A DNA stretch of 64,000 nt from contig JBBQQN010000001.1 in assembly GCA_038215845.1 (NCBI GenBank), positions 451 to 64,450 on the forward strand. The letters are read 5' to 3'. Shown here piece by piece: positions 1 to 9,033 of the stretch; the first letter of the stretch is position 1, and every line of letters starts with the position of its first letter. Below the pieces are notes generated by a model. That model worked only from the letters and a program-made list of their open reading frames with translations. It had not been told where the DNA came from and did not search any database. A program made the translations under genes and the position numbers. Source of the stretch: Flavobacteriales bacterium (GTDB lineage Bacteria > Bacteroidota > Bacteroidia > Flavobacteriales > Flavobacteriaceae).

Positions 1-216
1 ATGACCCAATATTTGGAGTTTGTTGCCGATAGACTTTTGGTGGAGCTGGAGTGCGAAAAAGAATACAACGTTACCAACCCATTTGATTTTATGGATATGA
101 TTTCGCTTCAAGGAAAAACCAATTTCTTTGAAAAACGTGTTGGCGAATACCAAAAAGCGGGTGTTACCAATAAAGACAAGGAATCAAACAAAATCAGTTT
201 CGACGCAGAGTTTTAG
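1..216 (+). CDS. nrdB: Ribonucleotide reductase class Ia beta subunit, C-terminal fragment (gene starts upstream of the window)
   Basis: The open frame runs from the window edge. The tail [14 protein letters not shown]...ISFDAEF resembles an R2 C-terminus. It lies directly upstream of nrdA. Confidence 0.8.
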   Translation: MTQYLEFVADRLLVELECEKEYNVTNPFDFMDMISLQGKTNFFEKRVGEYQKAGVTNKDKESNKISFDAEF

Positions 217-318
217 GCTATTGATACTAAATAGATACTATGGATTCTAAGTGGATGCTGTGGTTTTTAAAAAAAATAGCGGCAATAGAATCTATAGAGT
301 CAATAGTATCATTTCATA

Positions 319-699
319 ATGAGTTATAGGAATTTACAGATATGGCAATTATCAAGATTGCTGGTAATTGACATTCACAATATGTCACTTGATCTTCCTT
401 CGTTTGAAAAATTTGAAGTCGGAAGCCAAATCAGAAGGTCTGTTAAATCTGTAAAGTCAAATATAGTTGAGGGATATGGCAGGAGGAGATATAAACAGGA
501 TTATATCCGTTTTATAATTTTCGCGCTTTCTTCAAATGATGAAACCATTGATCATTTGGAAACTTTATTCGAAACGAAATCTTTGAATAATGAAGAATTG
601 TACAATGATTTACATACTAGATCACAACAATTGGGAATCAAAATAAATAATTTTTTACAAAGCATTGAAAAGAATCACAATAAGTTTGATTTGGAATGA
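319..699 (+). CDS. Four-helix-bundle protein (23S rRNA intervening-sequence protein / Avd-like family)
   Basis: 126 aa. The N-terminus [18 protein letters not shown] and the [13 protein letters not shown] and [13 protein letters not shown] motifs are typical of this family. Predicted all-helical. Confidence 0.75.
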   Translation: MSYRNLQIWQLSRLLVIDIHNMSLDLPSFEKFEVGSQIRRSVKSVKSNIVEGYGRRRYKQDYIRFIIFALSSNDETIDHLETLFETKSLNNEELYNDLHTRSQQLGIKINNFLQSIEKNHNKFDLE

Positions 700-809
700 T
701 ACTATAGATTCTAAATAGAAATTAAGTGGAAACGTTGTAAAAACAATCCATAGCGGCAATAGTATCCATAGGAGCAAAAATATATACTAACCCCAATAAA
801 TTAGAAATT

Positions 810-3224
810 ATGAATGTAGTTAAAAGAGACGGCCGAAAAGAACCTATGATGTTCGATAAAATCACGGCCCGCGTGCGCAAGCTTTGCTATGGTTTGAATG
901 AATTGGTAGATCCTGTAAAAATTTCAATGCGTGTTATTGAAGGACTTTACGATGGTGTTACCACTAGCGAACTCGATAATTTGGCAGCAGAAATTGCGGC
1001 GACAATGACTACTTCGCACCCGGATTATGCACGTTTGGCGGCACGAATCTCTGTTTCTAACCTTCATAAAAACACCAAAAAATCATTTTCTGAAGTGATG
1101 ACGGATCTTTACGAATATGTAAATCCGCGCACAGGGAAGAAAGCGCCTTTGTTGAGCGATGAGGTTTTTGAAGTGATCAGAAAGAATGCAGAAGAACTTG
1201 ATTCTACCATTATTTATAACCGCGATTTTGGGTACGATTATTTTGGCTTTAAAACTTTGGAGCGTTCGTATTTGTTGAAATTAAACGGCCATATTGCGGA
1301 GCGCCCACAACATATGTTGATGCGAGTTTCTGTAGGAATTCATTTGGATGATTTGGCTTCCGTGAAAGAAACATACGAGTTAATGTCCAAAAAATATTTC
1401 ACCCACGCCACACCTACGCTTTTCAATAGTGGAACGCCAAAACCCCAAATGTCTTCCTGCTTTTTGCTTGCCATGAAGGACGACAGCATCGAGGGTATTT
1501 ACGATACCTTGAAGCAAACCGCAAAAATTTCGCAGTCTGCTGGCGGGATTGGTCTTTCTATCCACAACGTTCGTGCAACTGGTTCTTATATTTCTGGGAC
1601 TAACGGAACTTCAAACGGAATTGTGCCAATGCTTCGTGTTTTCAATGATACTGCGCGTTACGTAGATCAAGGTGGGGGAAAACGAAAAGGTTCTTTCGCC
1701 ATTTATGTAGAGCCTTGGCACGCTGATATTTTTGACTTTTTGGATTTAAAGAAAAATCACGGGAAAGAAGAAATGCGTGCCCGCGATCTTTTTTATGCGA
1801 TGTGGATTCCAGATTTATTTATGGAACGTGTGCAGGCCGATGCAGAATGGACGCTGATGTGTCCGAACGAATGCCCCGGCCTTTACAAATGCCACAGTGA
1901 AGAATTTGAAGCCCTATACCATAAATATGAAGCTGAAAATAAAGGCAGGAAAACCGTAAAGGCCCGTGAACTTTGGGAGAAAATCCTGGAATCGCAGATC
2001 GAGACCGGAACGCCTTATATGCTTTATAAAGATGCGGCAAACCGAAAGAGCAACCAGAAAAATTTGGGTACCATCCGTTCTTCAAATTTGTGTACCGAAA
2101 TTATGGAATACACTTCCGAAGATGAAGTTGCGGTTTGTAATCTGGCTTCCATAGCGCTGCCAATGTTTATAAAAAATGGCGAATTTGACCATAAAGAACT
2201 TTTTAGGGTAACCAAGCGGGTTACAAAAAACCTGAACCGTGTAATAGATAGAAATTACTATCCGGTAATTGAAGCGCAGAACTCAAATTTCCGCCACCGT
2301 CCGGTTGGGTTGGGAATTCAAGGTTTGGCAGATGCTTTTATTATGCTTCGATTGCCATTCACCAGTGACGAAGCTAAAAAACTGAACCAAGAAATTTTCG
2401 AAACCCTTTATTTTGCTGCTGTAACTGCTTCTATGGAAGAAGCCAAAGTTGATGGCACTTATGAAAGTTATAAAGGCTCACCTATTTCCGAAGGACTTTT
2501 TCAACATAATCTATGGGGAATTAATGATGAAGAATTGAGCGGCCGTTGGGATTGGGGAAAACTGCGCAAGGATATTAAGAAACACGGCGTTAGGAATTCA
2601 CTTTTGGTTGCGCCAATGCCGACTGCTTCCACTTCGCAGATTCTTGGCAACAACGAAGCCTTTGAGCCCTATACTTCAAATATTTATACCCGTCGTGTGC
2701 TTTCTGGGGAATTCATCGTTGTAAATCAGCATCTTTTGGAAGATTTGGTACAGTTAGGTCTGTGGAATGAGGATTTAAAAGAGGAAATAATGCATGCTAA
2801 TGGCTCTATTCAAAATGTGGACATAATCCCGCAGGAATTGAAAGAACTATATAAAACAGTCTGGGAATTGAGTATGAAGGACATTATAGACATGTCTCGC
2901 CAGCGCGGTTATTTTATAGACCAAAGCCAGTCACTCAATTTATTTATGGAAAATGCGAATATGGCTAAACTTACCTCGATGCATTTTTACGCTTGGAAAA
3001 GTGGATTGAAAACAGGAATGTATTATTTAAGAACGAAAAGTGCTGTGGATGCGATTAAATTCACCCTTAAAAAGGAAGATAAAAAAGAACCTGTTACCGA
3101 AACCGTTTTGGCTATTAAAGCCGAAAGCGGTTCAACTAAACCCATGACGCCACAGGAATTACGCGAAATGCTAGCACAGTCCAAAAATGCTGCAGATGAT
3201 GATTGTTTAATGTGCGGGTCTTAA
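810..3224 (+). CDS. nrdA: Ribonucleoside-diphosphate reductase alpha subunit (class Ia)
   Basis: 804 aa with an N-terminal ATP-cone ([20 protein letters not shown]). Catalytic NLCTEI and [10 protein letters not shown] motifs are present. The C-terminal CLMCGS is a redox cysteine pair. Confidence 0.95.
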   Translation: MNVVKRDGRKEPMMFDKITARVRKLCYGLNELVDPVKISMRVIEGLYDGVTTSELDNLAAEIAATMTTSHPDYARLAARISVSNLHKNTKKSFSEVMTDLYEYVNPRTGKKAPLLSDEVFEVIRKNAEELDSTIIYNRDFGYDYFGFKTLERSYLLKLNGHIAERPQHMLMRVSVGIHLDDLASVKETYELMSKKYFTHATPTLFNSGTPKPQMSSCFLLAMKDDSIEGIYDTLKQTAKISQSAGGIGLSIHNVRATGSYISGTNGTSNGIVPMLRVFNDTARYVDQGGGKRKGSFAIYVEPWHADIFDFLDLKKNHGKEEMRARDLFYAMWIPDLFMERVQADAEWTLMCPNECPGLYKCHSEEFEALYHKYEAENKGRKTVKARELWEKILESQIETGTPYMLYKDAANRKSNQKNLGTIRSSNLCTEIMEYTSEDEVAVCNLASIALPMFIKNGEFDHKELFRVTKRVTKNLNRVIDRNYYPVIEAQNSNFRHRPVGLGIQGLADAFIMLRLPFTSDEAKKLNQEIFETLYFAAVTASMEEAKVDGTYESYKGSPISEGLFQHNLWGINDEELSGRWDWGKLRKDIKKHGVRNSLLVAPMPTASTSQILGNNEAFEPYTSNIYTRRVLSGEFIVVNQHLLEDLVQLGLWNEDLKEEIMHANGSIQNVDIIPQELKELYKTVWELSMKDIIDMSRQRGYFIDQSQSLNLFMENANMAKLTSMHFYAWKSGLKTGMYYLRTKSAVDAIKFTLKKEDKKEPVTETVLAIKAESGSTKPMTPQELREMLAQSKNAADDDCLMCGS

Positions 3225-3251
3225 AATTCTCTACTTGAATAATCGACAAAG

Positions 3252-3287
3252 AAAAACCCTTACTGCTTTATAGCTGTAAGGGTTTTT
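3252..3287. terminator. Bidirectional rho-independent terminator between nrdA and the PiT gene
   Basis: aaaaacccttac...gtaagggttttt hairpin flanked by an A-run and a T-run, between convergent genes. Confidence 0.6.
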
Positions 3288-3309
3288 CTATTTAAATAGT
3301 TTAGAAGGT

Positions 3310-5553
3310 TTAAGACTTTTTATAATTTATATAATACTCTTCCATCAGGTTCATCAAAGCTTTAACCAAGTCTTTGCTTTCAAGCAATAGGCTAAAGTAA
3401 AGCGTGGTATTTTTGGGGCTTGATTCTTCTGTACGTGTACGCGCTATCTGCTTTTCAATCTTTTGGGTCAAGCTGGAAAATATTTTTTCCTTGTTGTTAA
3501 GCACTTTTTCAATTCTGATAAATTCCTTTTTCTGGAATATATCTTCAATTTCACTTAAAAGTTCTTCCAAAAGCTGATCAATTTCTTGCAAATCTTTAAT
3601 TTGATTGAATCGCAAAGCTTTATGGTTGTTATTCACATGCTTATAACTGGCTTTTGAAATAAATTCAAGAGACTGTACTACATCGGTCAAATAACCAAGA
3701 ATAACAATATAGAAATTACTGCCGCTAACACTGTTTTCTTCAAGATTTTTTATGAAATAGAATATATTATCCCGCAGTTCTTCAACTTCATCGTTAAGCT
3801 TATTGACGCCCTTTTTGCTCTTTTTGAGTTTTTTGGTGTCCTGTTTTGCCAAGCCGCGAAGCATATCGCTATATATTTTATTTGAACGGGAAACCACGTT
3901 GCTTATATTTTCAGCGCTTTCCTGAATGATTCCCTGGACTGTTTTGCTTTCTGTTTTCTTTAAACTGGTTTTGCCCAATTTAATTTTCACTTTATTTTTA
4001 TGGGAAAGATAGTTTCTTACCAACAATAAAATTGCCAATAATAGCAGCACCGCTATCATAGCGCCCCTTCCTATAAAGATTAAATAGGTTAATGTTCCGG
4101 CTGCTGCAAATGCTACAAAAGCAGTAAAGAACCATCCCCCAATTACATTAAGAACGCCCGCGACCCTATATACCGCACTTTCGCGTCCCCAAGCTCTATC
4201 TGCCAAGGAAGTACCCATTGCAACCATAAACGTTACATAAGTGGTGGATAGTGGAAGTTTCATGGATGTTGCAGTAGCGATTAAAACACCTGCCACCACA
4301 AGGTTTATTGAGGCACGAACCATATCGAAAGCGGGAAGCTCGTACGTTTTGTGTTTTGGTAGGTTTACCACCGGTTTTTCAAAGCGACGGTTTATTTTTT
4401 CCTGCATACCTGAAGGCATAACCATATCGTAAACGTATGCTATTTGGGTTCCGGATTTTACCAAAACTCGGGAAAGCATATTTGGATTGAACTTTTCATG
4501 ACCCTCGCCTTGGCGAGCCAGATCAATTTCGGTATCTGATACAGTTCGGGCCTTTTTTGAGAACCACAATGTAAGTACCATTATTCCACCTGCTATAAAT
4601 AAAAGTATGGGCTCTGCAGGTACTTCGGCGGCAAGACTGCTCATTGCATATTCTGAGGCGGCAACCCCGGAAGATGACCAATCTAAATAACTGTGGTATG
4701 CCGCCATGGGCACCCCAATAAAGTTAACCAAGTCATTTCCAGCAAAAGCTAGGGCAAGGCCAAATGTTCCGACAGCAATTACAATAATGAGAATGCTCTT
4801 TTTAAAAATAAGCATGAACAATTCGGAAAAAATAGTGAAGATGATAAAGCTAATTAGCAACATCATTGAAGTGTTTCCCTCAACGATTCCACTGAAATTT
4901 CCGTAAAAAGGTGTGCCCTTTAGGCCTTTCATAAAAATGAAATAACTTATGGCTGTCAGTGCAAAGCCACCAAATATGGCCCCAAAATACTTCATCCTCT
5001 TTTCTATATGAAACGTAAAAATGAGTCTGGATAAATACTGCACCACTATCCCCACACTAAAGGCGACACCTACGGAAATAACGATCCCGGAAATAATCTC
5101 CAAAGCCTTATCGGTATTAATATAATTCCCCAGATTTTCCAAGGTTTGAGTATCGGAGTGGCCAATTTTTATTAAAGCCATAATGACTGCAGCTCCCAAA
5201 AGTTCAAAAACAATTGAAACAGTAGTGGAAGTAGGAAGGCCTATTGTATTGAAAAAATCGAGTAATAAAATGTCGGTAATCATTACTGCCATGAAAATGA
5301 TCATAATTTCATCGAAATAAAACTCTCCAGGAACAAAAATTCCTTTTCGTGCTACTTCCATCATTCCACTGGAAAAGACTGCGCCAATAAAAATTCCTAA
5401 ACTTGCTATAATTAAGATAGCCTTAAAGGGAATTGCCTTAGAACCTATGGCAGAATTCAAAAAGTTTACCGCATCATTACTCACGCCAACCACAAGATCT
5501 GCTACGGCAAGTGCAACCAATGCTACAATCATCAATAAATAAATGTTATCCAT
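3310..5553 (-). CDS. Inorganic phosphate transporter (PiT/PHO4 family) with a long charged helical C-terminal extension
   Basis: 747 aa with many TM helices. Duplicated SNDAVNF / GNDLVNF signatures resemble the PiT GANDVAN motif. The last ~220 aa are hydrophilic and helical. Confidence 0.8.
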   Translation of the reverse strand: MDNIYLLMIVALVALAVADLVVGVSNDAVNFLNSAIGSKAIPFKAILIIASLGIFIGAVFSSGMMEVARKGIFVPGEFYFDEIMIIFMAVMITDILLLDFFNTIGLPTSTTVSIVFELLGAAVIMALIKIGHSDTQTLENLGNYINTDKALEIISGIVISVGVAFSVGIVVQYLSRLIFTFHIEKRMKYFGAIFGGFALTAISYFIFMKGLKGTPFYGNFSGIVEGNTSMMLLISFIIFTIFSELFMLIFKKSILIIVIAVGTFGLALAFAGNDLVNFIGVPMAAYHSYLDWSSSGVAASEYAMSSLAAEVPAEPILLFIAGGIMVLTLWFSKKARTVSDTEIDLARQGEGHEKFNPNMLSRVLVKSGTQIAYVYDMVMPSGMQEKINRRFEKPVVNLPKHKTYELPAFDMVRASINLVVAGVLIATATSMKLPLSTTYVTFMVAMGTSLADRAWGRESAVYRVAGVLNVIGGWFFTAFVAFAAAGTLTYLIFIGRGAMIAVLLLLAILLLVRNYLSHKNKVKIKLGKTSLKKTESKTVQGIIQESAENISNVVSRSNKIYSDMLRGLAKQDTKKLKKSKKGVNKLNDEVEELRDNIFYFIKNLEENSVSGSNFYIVILGYLTDVVQSLEFISKASYKHVNNNHKALRFNQIKDLQEIDQLLEELLSEIEDIFQKKEFIRIEKVLNNKEKIFSSLTQKIEKQIARTRTEESSPKNTTLYFSLLLESKDLVKALMNLMEEYYINYKKS

Positions 5554-5601
5554 TCCGTTTCTTATTATAAAGGCACAAATTTCCTATATTAATTAGGAAG
5601 G

Positions 5602-5623
5602 ATTGTTACCAAATTGTTAACTA
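5602..5623 (-). promoter_or_regulatory. Pho-box-like tandem direct repeat upstream of the PiT gene
   Basis: The minus strand reads TTAACA-ATTTG-GTAACA, two hexamers 11 bp apart, 49-70 nt upstream of the PiT ATG. Confidence 0.4.
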
Positions 5624-5628
5624 TATTT

Positions 5629-6837
5629 TTAAAAATCTATCTGTAGCCGACCCTGCAAAATGTTTGCATTGCCTTTATCTTCAATATTTAACCAAGCATG
5701 GTTTATCATTAATCTAGTTGAGGGATTAAGATACCAATTTAAGCCCAAAGTAACATCAGATTGTTTTCCGCCCATCACATTTTTATTGCTCAAATCTGAA
5801 TCTGAATAGCGCAGGGCTATTTCCCATGCTCCAGCTCCTTTCTCTTTTCCGCCAAAGTTTTTGCGGGGTTTTGCCCTATCAAAGCCATCGTATGAACTTT
5901 TGTAATGTTTGCTTTCACCCGTTAGAAAATAACTTACTTCTCCGTAATAGCTTGAAAAATTTAGGGTTTCCGTTAGGGTTTTTACCGCAGCTGTCAGATA
6001 TTCTCCTTGGAAGGAAAAGGGGCCTTGAATATAAGCAGTTTCAAAATTTAAAAGCCGAATATTTTCTATTTCATCAATAGCTCCGGTTTCAATATATTTT
6101 GGAGCTAAATGTGAAACTGGCTTTATGGATATTTTGTACTCCTTACTGTCGGGTTTTCTGAAACTGTAACCAATACCTGTATGAAGAAGCTGTCTCTTTT
6201 CGGCATTATGCACTAGTAAGCTTGTAATTCTTCCTGTAGCCACATAGCCATCATTGGCAGTTATATCATTGCTGTCGTTATTGGCATTTCTAAATGCACC
6301 AGCTTGTGCAGACAAACGATTGTTGAAGAAATCATTGAATAAAACTATTCCATTGTTTCGTTCCTGTGCAAAAAAACTGGTAGAACTTGGTTCCATAAAA
6401 GTAATGTACTTGCTGCTTGTTAGCGTTGCAAGTCGGAACGGTTCCTTCACGTGCCCAATACGTAAATTTCCTACTCCCGGAATTTCACTGAGTCCAATGT
6501 AAACATCTTTCAGAACGGCCCGGTCGTTGGCAAAGTCAACTTGTAGCTTAAAGTGGGTGTTTTCATAAATTTTGCCTTCAAGAAAAATTCTGGCTCTTCT
6601 TATTTCTGTTCCGCTTTTAGTTATTAGAGGTCCAAACTTTTCGGTGAGTTCATCGCTTTGAAAAAAATAGGCATGGTCCACCATAATTCTTCCTCCAAAC
6701 TTAAAGGAGAATTGTTCGTCCTGGCTTTCAAGTTTAAAGCCATTGTCCCACTTAAATGAAACTGGATTTGTAGAATCCTGCGAAATTGCAGAAACAGAGT
6801 AGAGAACCAAAAAGGTTACAATAAGGTACTTCGGCAT
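5629..6837 (-). CDS. Phosphate-selective porin O/P family outer-membrane protein
   Basis: 402 aa with a signal peptide, beta-strand-rich sequence and a C-terminal ...LQGRLQIDF aromatic terminus. Adjacent to the PiT gene. Confidence 0.65.
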   Translation of the reverse strand: MPKYLIVTFLVLYSVSAISQDSTNPVSFKWDNGFKLESQDEQFSFKFGGRIMVDHAYFFQSDELTEKFGPLITKSGTEIRRARIFLEGKIYENTHFKLQVDFANDRAVLKDVYIGLSEIPGVGNLRIGHVKEPFRLATLTSSKYITFMEPSSTSFFAQERNNGIVLFNDFFNNRLSAQAGAFRNANNDSNDITANDGYVATGRITSLLVHNAEKRQLLHTGIGYSFRKPDSKEYKISIKPVSHLAPKYIETGAIDEIENIRLLNFETAYIQGPFSFQGEYLTAAVKTLTETLNFSSYYGEVSYFLTGESKHYKSSYDGFDRAKPRKNFGGKEKGAGAWEIALRYSDSDLSNKNVMGGKQSDVTLGLNWYLNPSTRLMINHAWLNIEDKGNANILQGRLQIDF

Positions 6838-6878
6838 TAAAATCGTTTTTTAGTTTTTGTCGCTGCAAAGAACTGACT

Positions 6879-6900
6879 TTAATGTTACCTTAATGTTAAG
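6879..6900 (-). promoter_or_regulatory. Pho-box-like tandem direct repeat upstream of the porin gene
   Basis: The minus strand reads TTAACA-TTAAG-GTAACA, 42-63 nt upstream of the porin ATG. The half-sites are the same as at the PiT gene. Confidence 0.4.
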
Positions 6901-6924
6901 AGAGAAGATAAAAAAGCTATATTT

Positions 6925-6960
6925 AAAAAGAAAAAAGGGCTGTACAATTAAGTACAGCCC
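6925..6960 (-). terminator. Orphan rho-independent terminator (minus-strand orientation) inside a divergent intergenic region
   Basis: A 9-bp GC-rich stem gggctgtac/gtacagccc with a 6-nt loop. On the minus strand it is followed by TTTTTTCTTTTT. No ORF ends here. Confidence 0.45.
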
Positions 6961-7137
6961 GGTTTTAAAATCTAGTCGACAAAAACTAAACGATTTTAAA
7001 TAATGCCTAACTATAGGCAATTACAAAGAACAACTTTCAATGTTCCGTTTATGTAAATTTAATTTTACCAAATCGTTATGTTATTGATTTGCAGCAATTC
7101 ATTTTAATAATGCACTGTAAAACAATATGTTATAAGG

Positions 7138-7181
7138 TTAATGTTATTTTAATGTTACCAAATTGTTTTGTGGATGTTAAT
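7138..7181 (-). promoter_or_regulatory. Array of four phased 11-bp Pho-box-like units
   Basis: (A/T)TGTT(A/T) hexamers (three ATGTTA plus TTGTTT) begin at 7142, 7153, 7164 and 7175 on the plus strand. The minus strand reads TTAACA/AAAACA/GTAACA/ATAACA. A TAATTTTG -7-like promoter element at 7178-7185 faces the 7223 gene. Confidence 0.35.
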
Positions 7182-7222
7182 TTTGTAACTTTGATTATTC
7201 CAAAAACTTAAAACACTTACTT

Positions 7223-7582
7223 ATGAAAAATATAATCACAGCCTTCGCACTTCTTTTTTGCACCTCTGTTATTTTGGCTCAGGATGTCAAAAAAAATACC
7301 TACTATCTTGATGGTGACTTAATAGAAGCTACAATATATCATGACAACGGAACGGTTGCCCAAACGGGCTTCTATAATAAAGAGAACAAATTGCAGGGTG
7401 AATGGGTAAGCTATAATAGTAAAGGTGACAAAACTGCTGTTGCGCGTTACAATAATGGTGAAAAAGTAGGTACTTGGTATTTCTTTACCGAGGGCGATAT
7501 CAAAGAAGTTTCCTATATGGATGCACGCGTTGCAAAAGTGGTAACTTGGAAATCTGCCAATACACAATTGGTTTCAAACTAA
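7223..7582 (+). CDS. Secreted MORN-variant repeat protein (YwqK-like)
   Basis: 119 aa with a signal peptide. Repeats such as GEWVSYNSKGDK and NGEKVGTWYFF are present. Confidence 0.55.
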   Translation: MKNIITAFALLFCTSVILAQDVKKNTYYLDGDLIEATIYHDNGTVAQTGFYNKENKLQGEWVSYNSKGDKTAVARYNNGEKVGTWYFFTEGDIKEVSYMDARVAKVVTWKSANTQLVSN

Positions 7583-7610
7583 TAACTTTCATTCTAACCA
7601 TATAAATAAT

Positions 7611-7649
7611 AAAAAAAATCCCGGCCCAAAATTTGGACCGGGATTTTTT
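7611..7649. terminator. Bidirectional terminator
   Basis: aaaaaaaatcccgg...ccgggatttttt hairpin between convergent genes. Confidence 0.6.
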
Positions 7650-7672
7650 CATTGCTTGCTAATCCACTTTAT

Positions 7673-8941
7673 TTATTCATAAACATATCCTGTCCAGTTG
7701 AATATATTTCTGTCTACAGTAGGAACTGAACCGTCAACTACATTAATAGTTGCGTCAGCTGTGGTTTTTATATCTGCGATATCCAAACCTGATGCGGCAT
7801 CACCCATAACATTTAAATTTACAGCACTACCTTTTGCATCGCCTTTACTATCTTGAAGATCAATAAAATCACCAGCTTTTGCATTTTCATTTGCAAACCC
7901 TACGTAAGCTGCAGTAAGTGTTAGTCCACTACCTCTTCTTACTTTGATCATATCAGACATTTCAATTACTCCGGCATTTATCAATACCAAGCCGTTTATA
8001 GTAGGATTTGATTGACCAGAATCTCCGGGAGAATTACCATCAAGGTTTCCATCCCCTTCCAAGCCACGAGGATCTTCGGTAATTGAGGTATAGCTAGCTT
8101 CACGCAATCCATAAAGGTTTGTTGCGGTTCCTGTCCATCCTTGTGTCCAGTCAAACATATCATCCTTAATATTTACTGACAATAAATTCTTCACATTTAC
8201 AGTTCCTCCGAAAAATTCATAAGCATCATCATCGCCGTAAAATACAGCTACGTTTTCTATTACAGTTCCGCTACCTACGGCATAGAAAGTAATACCGTTG
8301 AATTCTTTGTCACCATTAATACGAGCGCCAGTGTATGAAGCCTCTACAAATTTCATAACCCCAGAATTATCATTAGCGGAGGTTCCTCCGTAAGTTAAAT
8401 CAACAACTTCAGTAGTTGCTGTTCCACCACCACTAATAGGAGCTTTTCCAATTAAAAGAATTCCACCCCAATCCCCAGAACGTGGGTTATCGGCATTTGA
8501 TGTAAATTTAATAGGAGCGGCGGCAGTACCTGCTGCATTAATTTTTGCTCCTTGCTCGATGGCAACATATACGTTTGTTCCACCAGCAATGGCTTTTACT
8601 ACAGTGCCCGGCTCTACACAAAGAGTAGCACCATTTTTAACGCTTAATGGGCCAGTAAGTATCCATTCAGTATCTGCGGTAAGGCAAACATCAGCAGTTA
8701 CGTCTCCTTTAAGATCTAATGGATCTAAATCTGGATCATCTTGAGAAGCTATTATACCGTCTTTTTCTGCTTGTACAGCACAAGGCTCACAGGCCGAACC
8801 TCCACAGTCTACCCCGGTTTCATCACCATTTTGAACACCGTCATTACAAGTGGCAGCCACAGGATCTGGGCTATCATCCTTACTACAGCTTGTTAATACT
8901 AAGGCTGCAATTACAAAGCTTGATAAAAGAAATTTTTTCAT
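7673..8941 (-). CDS. Surface lipoprotein with an N-terminal Cys-rich motif and a probable beta-helix body, partnered with the upstream TBDR
   Basis: 422 aa with lipobox LTSC. It carries the motif CNDGVQNGDETGVDCGGSACEPC and is Gly/Asn/Thr-rich and repetitive. It lies 92 nt downstream of the TBDR gene on the same strand. Confidence 0.65.
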   Translation of the reverse strand: MKKFLLSSFVIAALVLTSCSKDDSPDPVAATCNDGVQNGDETGVDCGGSACEPCAVQAEKDGIIASQDDPDLDPLDLKGDVTADVCLTADTEWILTGPLSVKNGATLCVEPGTVVKAIAGGTNVYVAIEQGAKINAAGTAAAPIKFTSNADNPRSGDWGGILLIGKAPISGGGTATTEVVDLTYGGTSANDNSGVMKFVEASYTGARINGDKEFNGITFYAVGSGTVIENVAVFYGDDDAYEFFGGTVNVKNLLSVNIKDDMFDWTQGWTGTATNLYGLREASYTSITEDPRGLEGDGNLDGNSPGDSGQSNPTINGLVLINAGVIEMSDMIKVRRGSGLTLTAAYVGFANENAKAGDFIDLQDSKGDAKGSAVNLNVMGDAASGLDIADIKTTADATINVVDGSVPTVDRNIFNWTGYVYE

Positions 8942-9033
8942 TTTTTATATTAGTTTAAAAGTTTGGTGCAAAGAAACAACTGTCTTGTTTCGTTAGTTTT
9001 AGGTGAATATTATGCTTTTGTTAATTGTATTTT

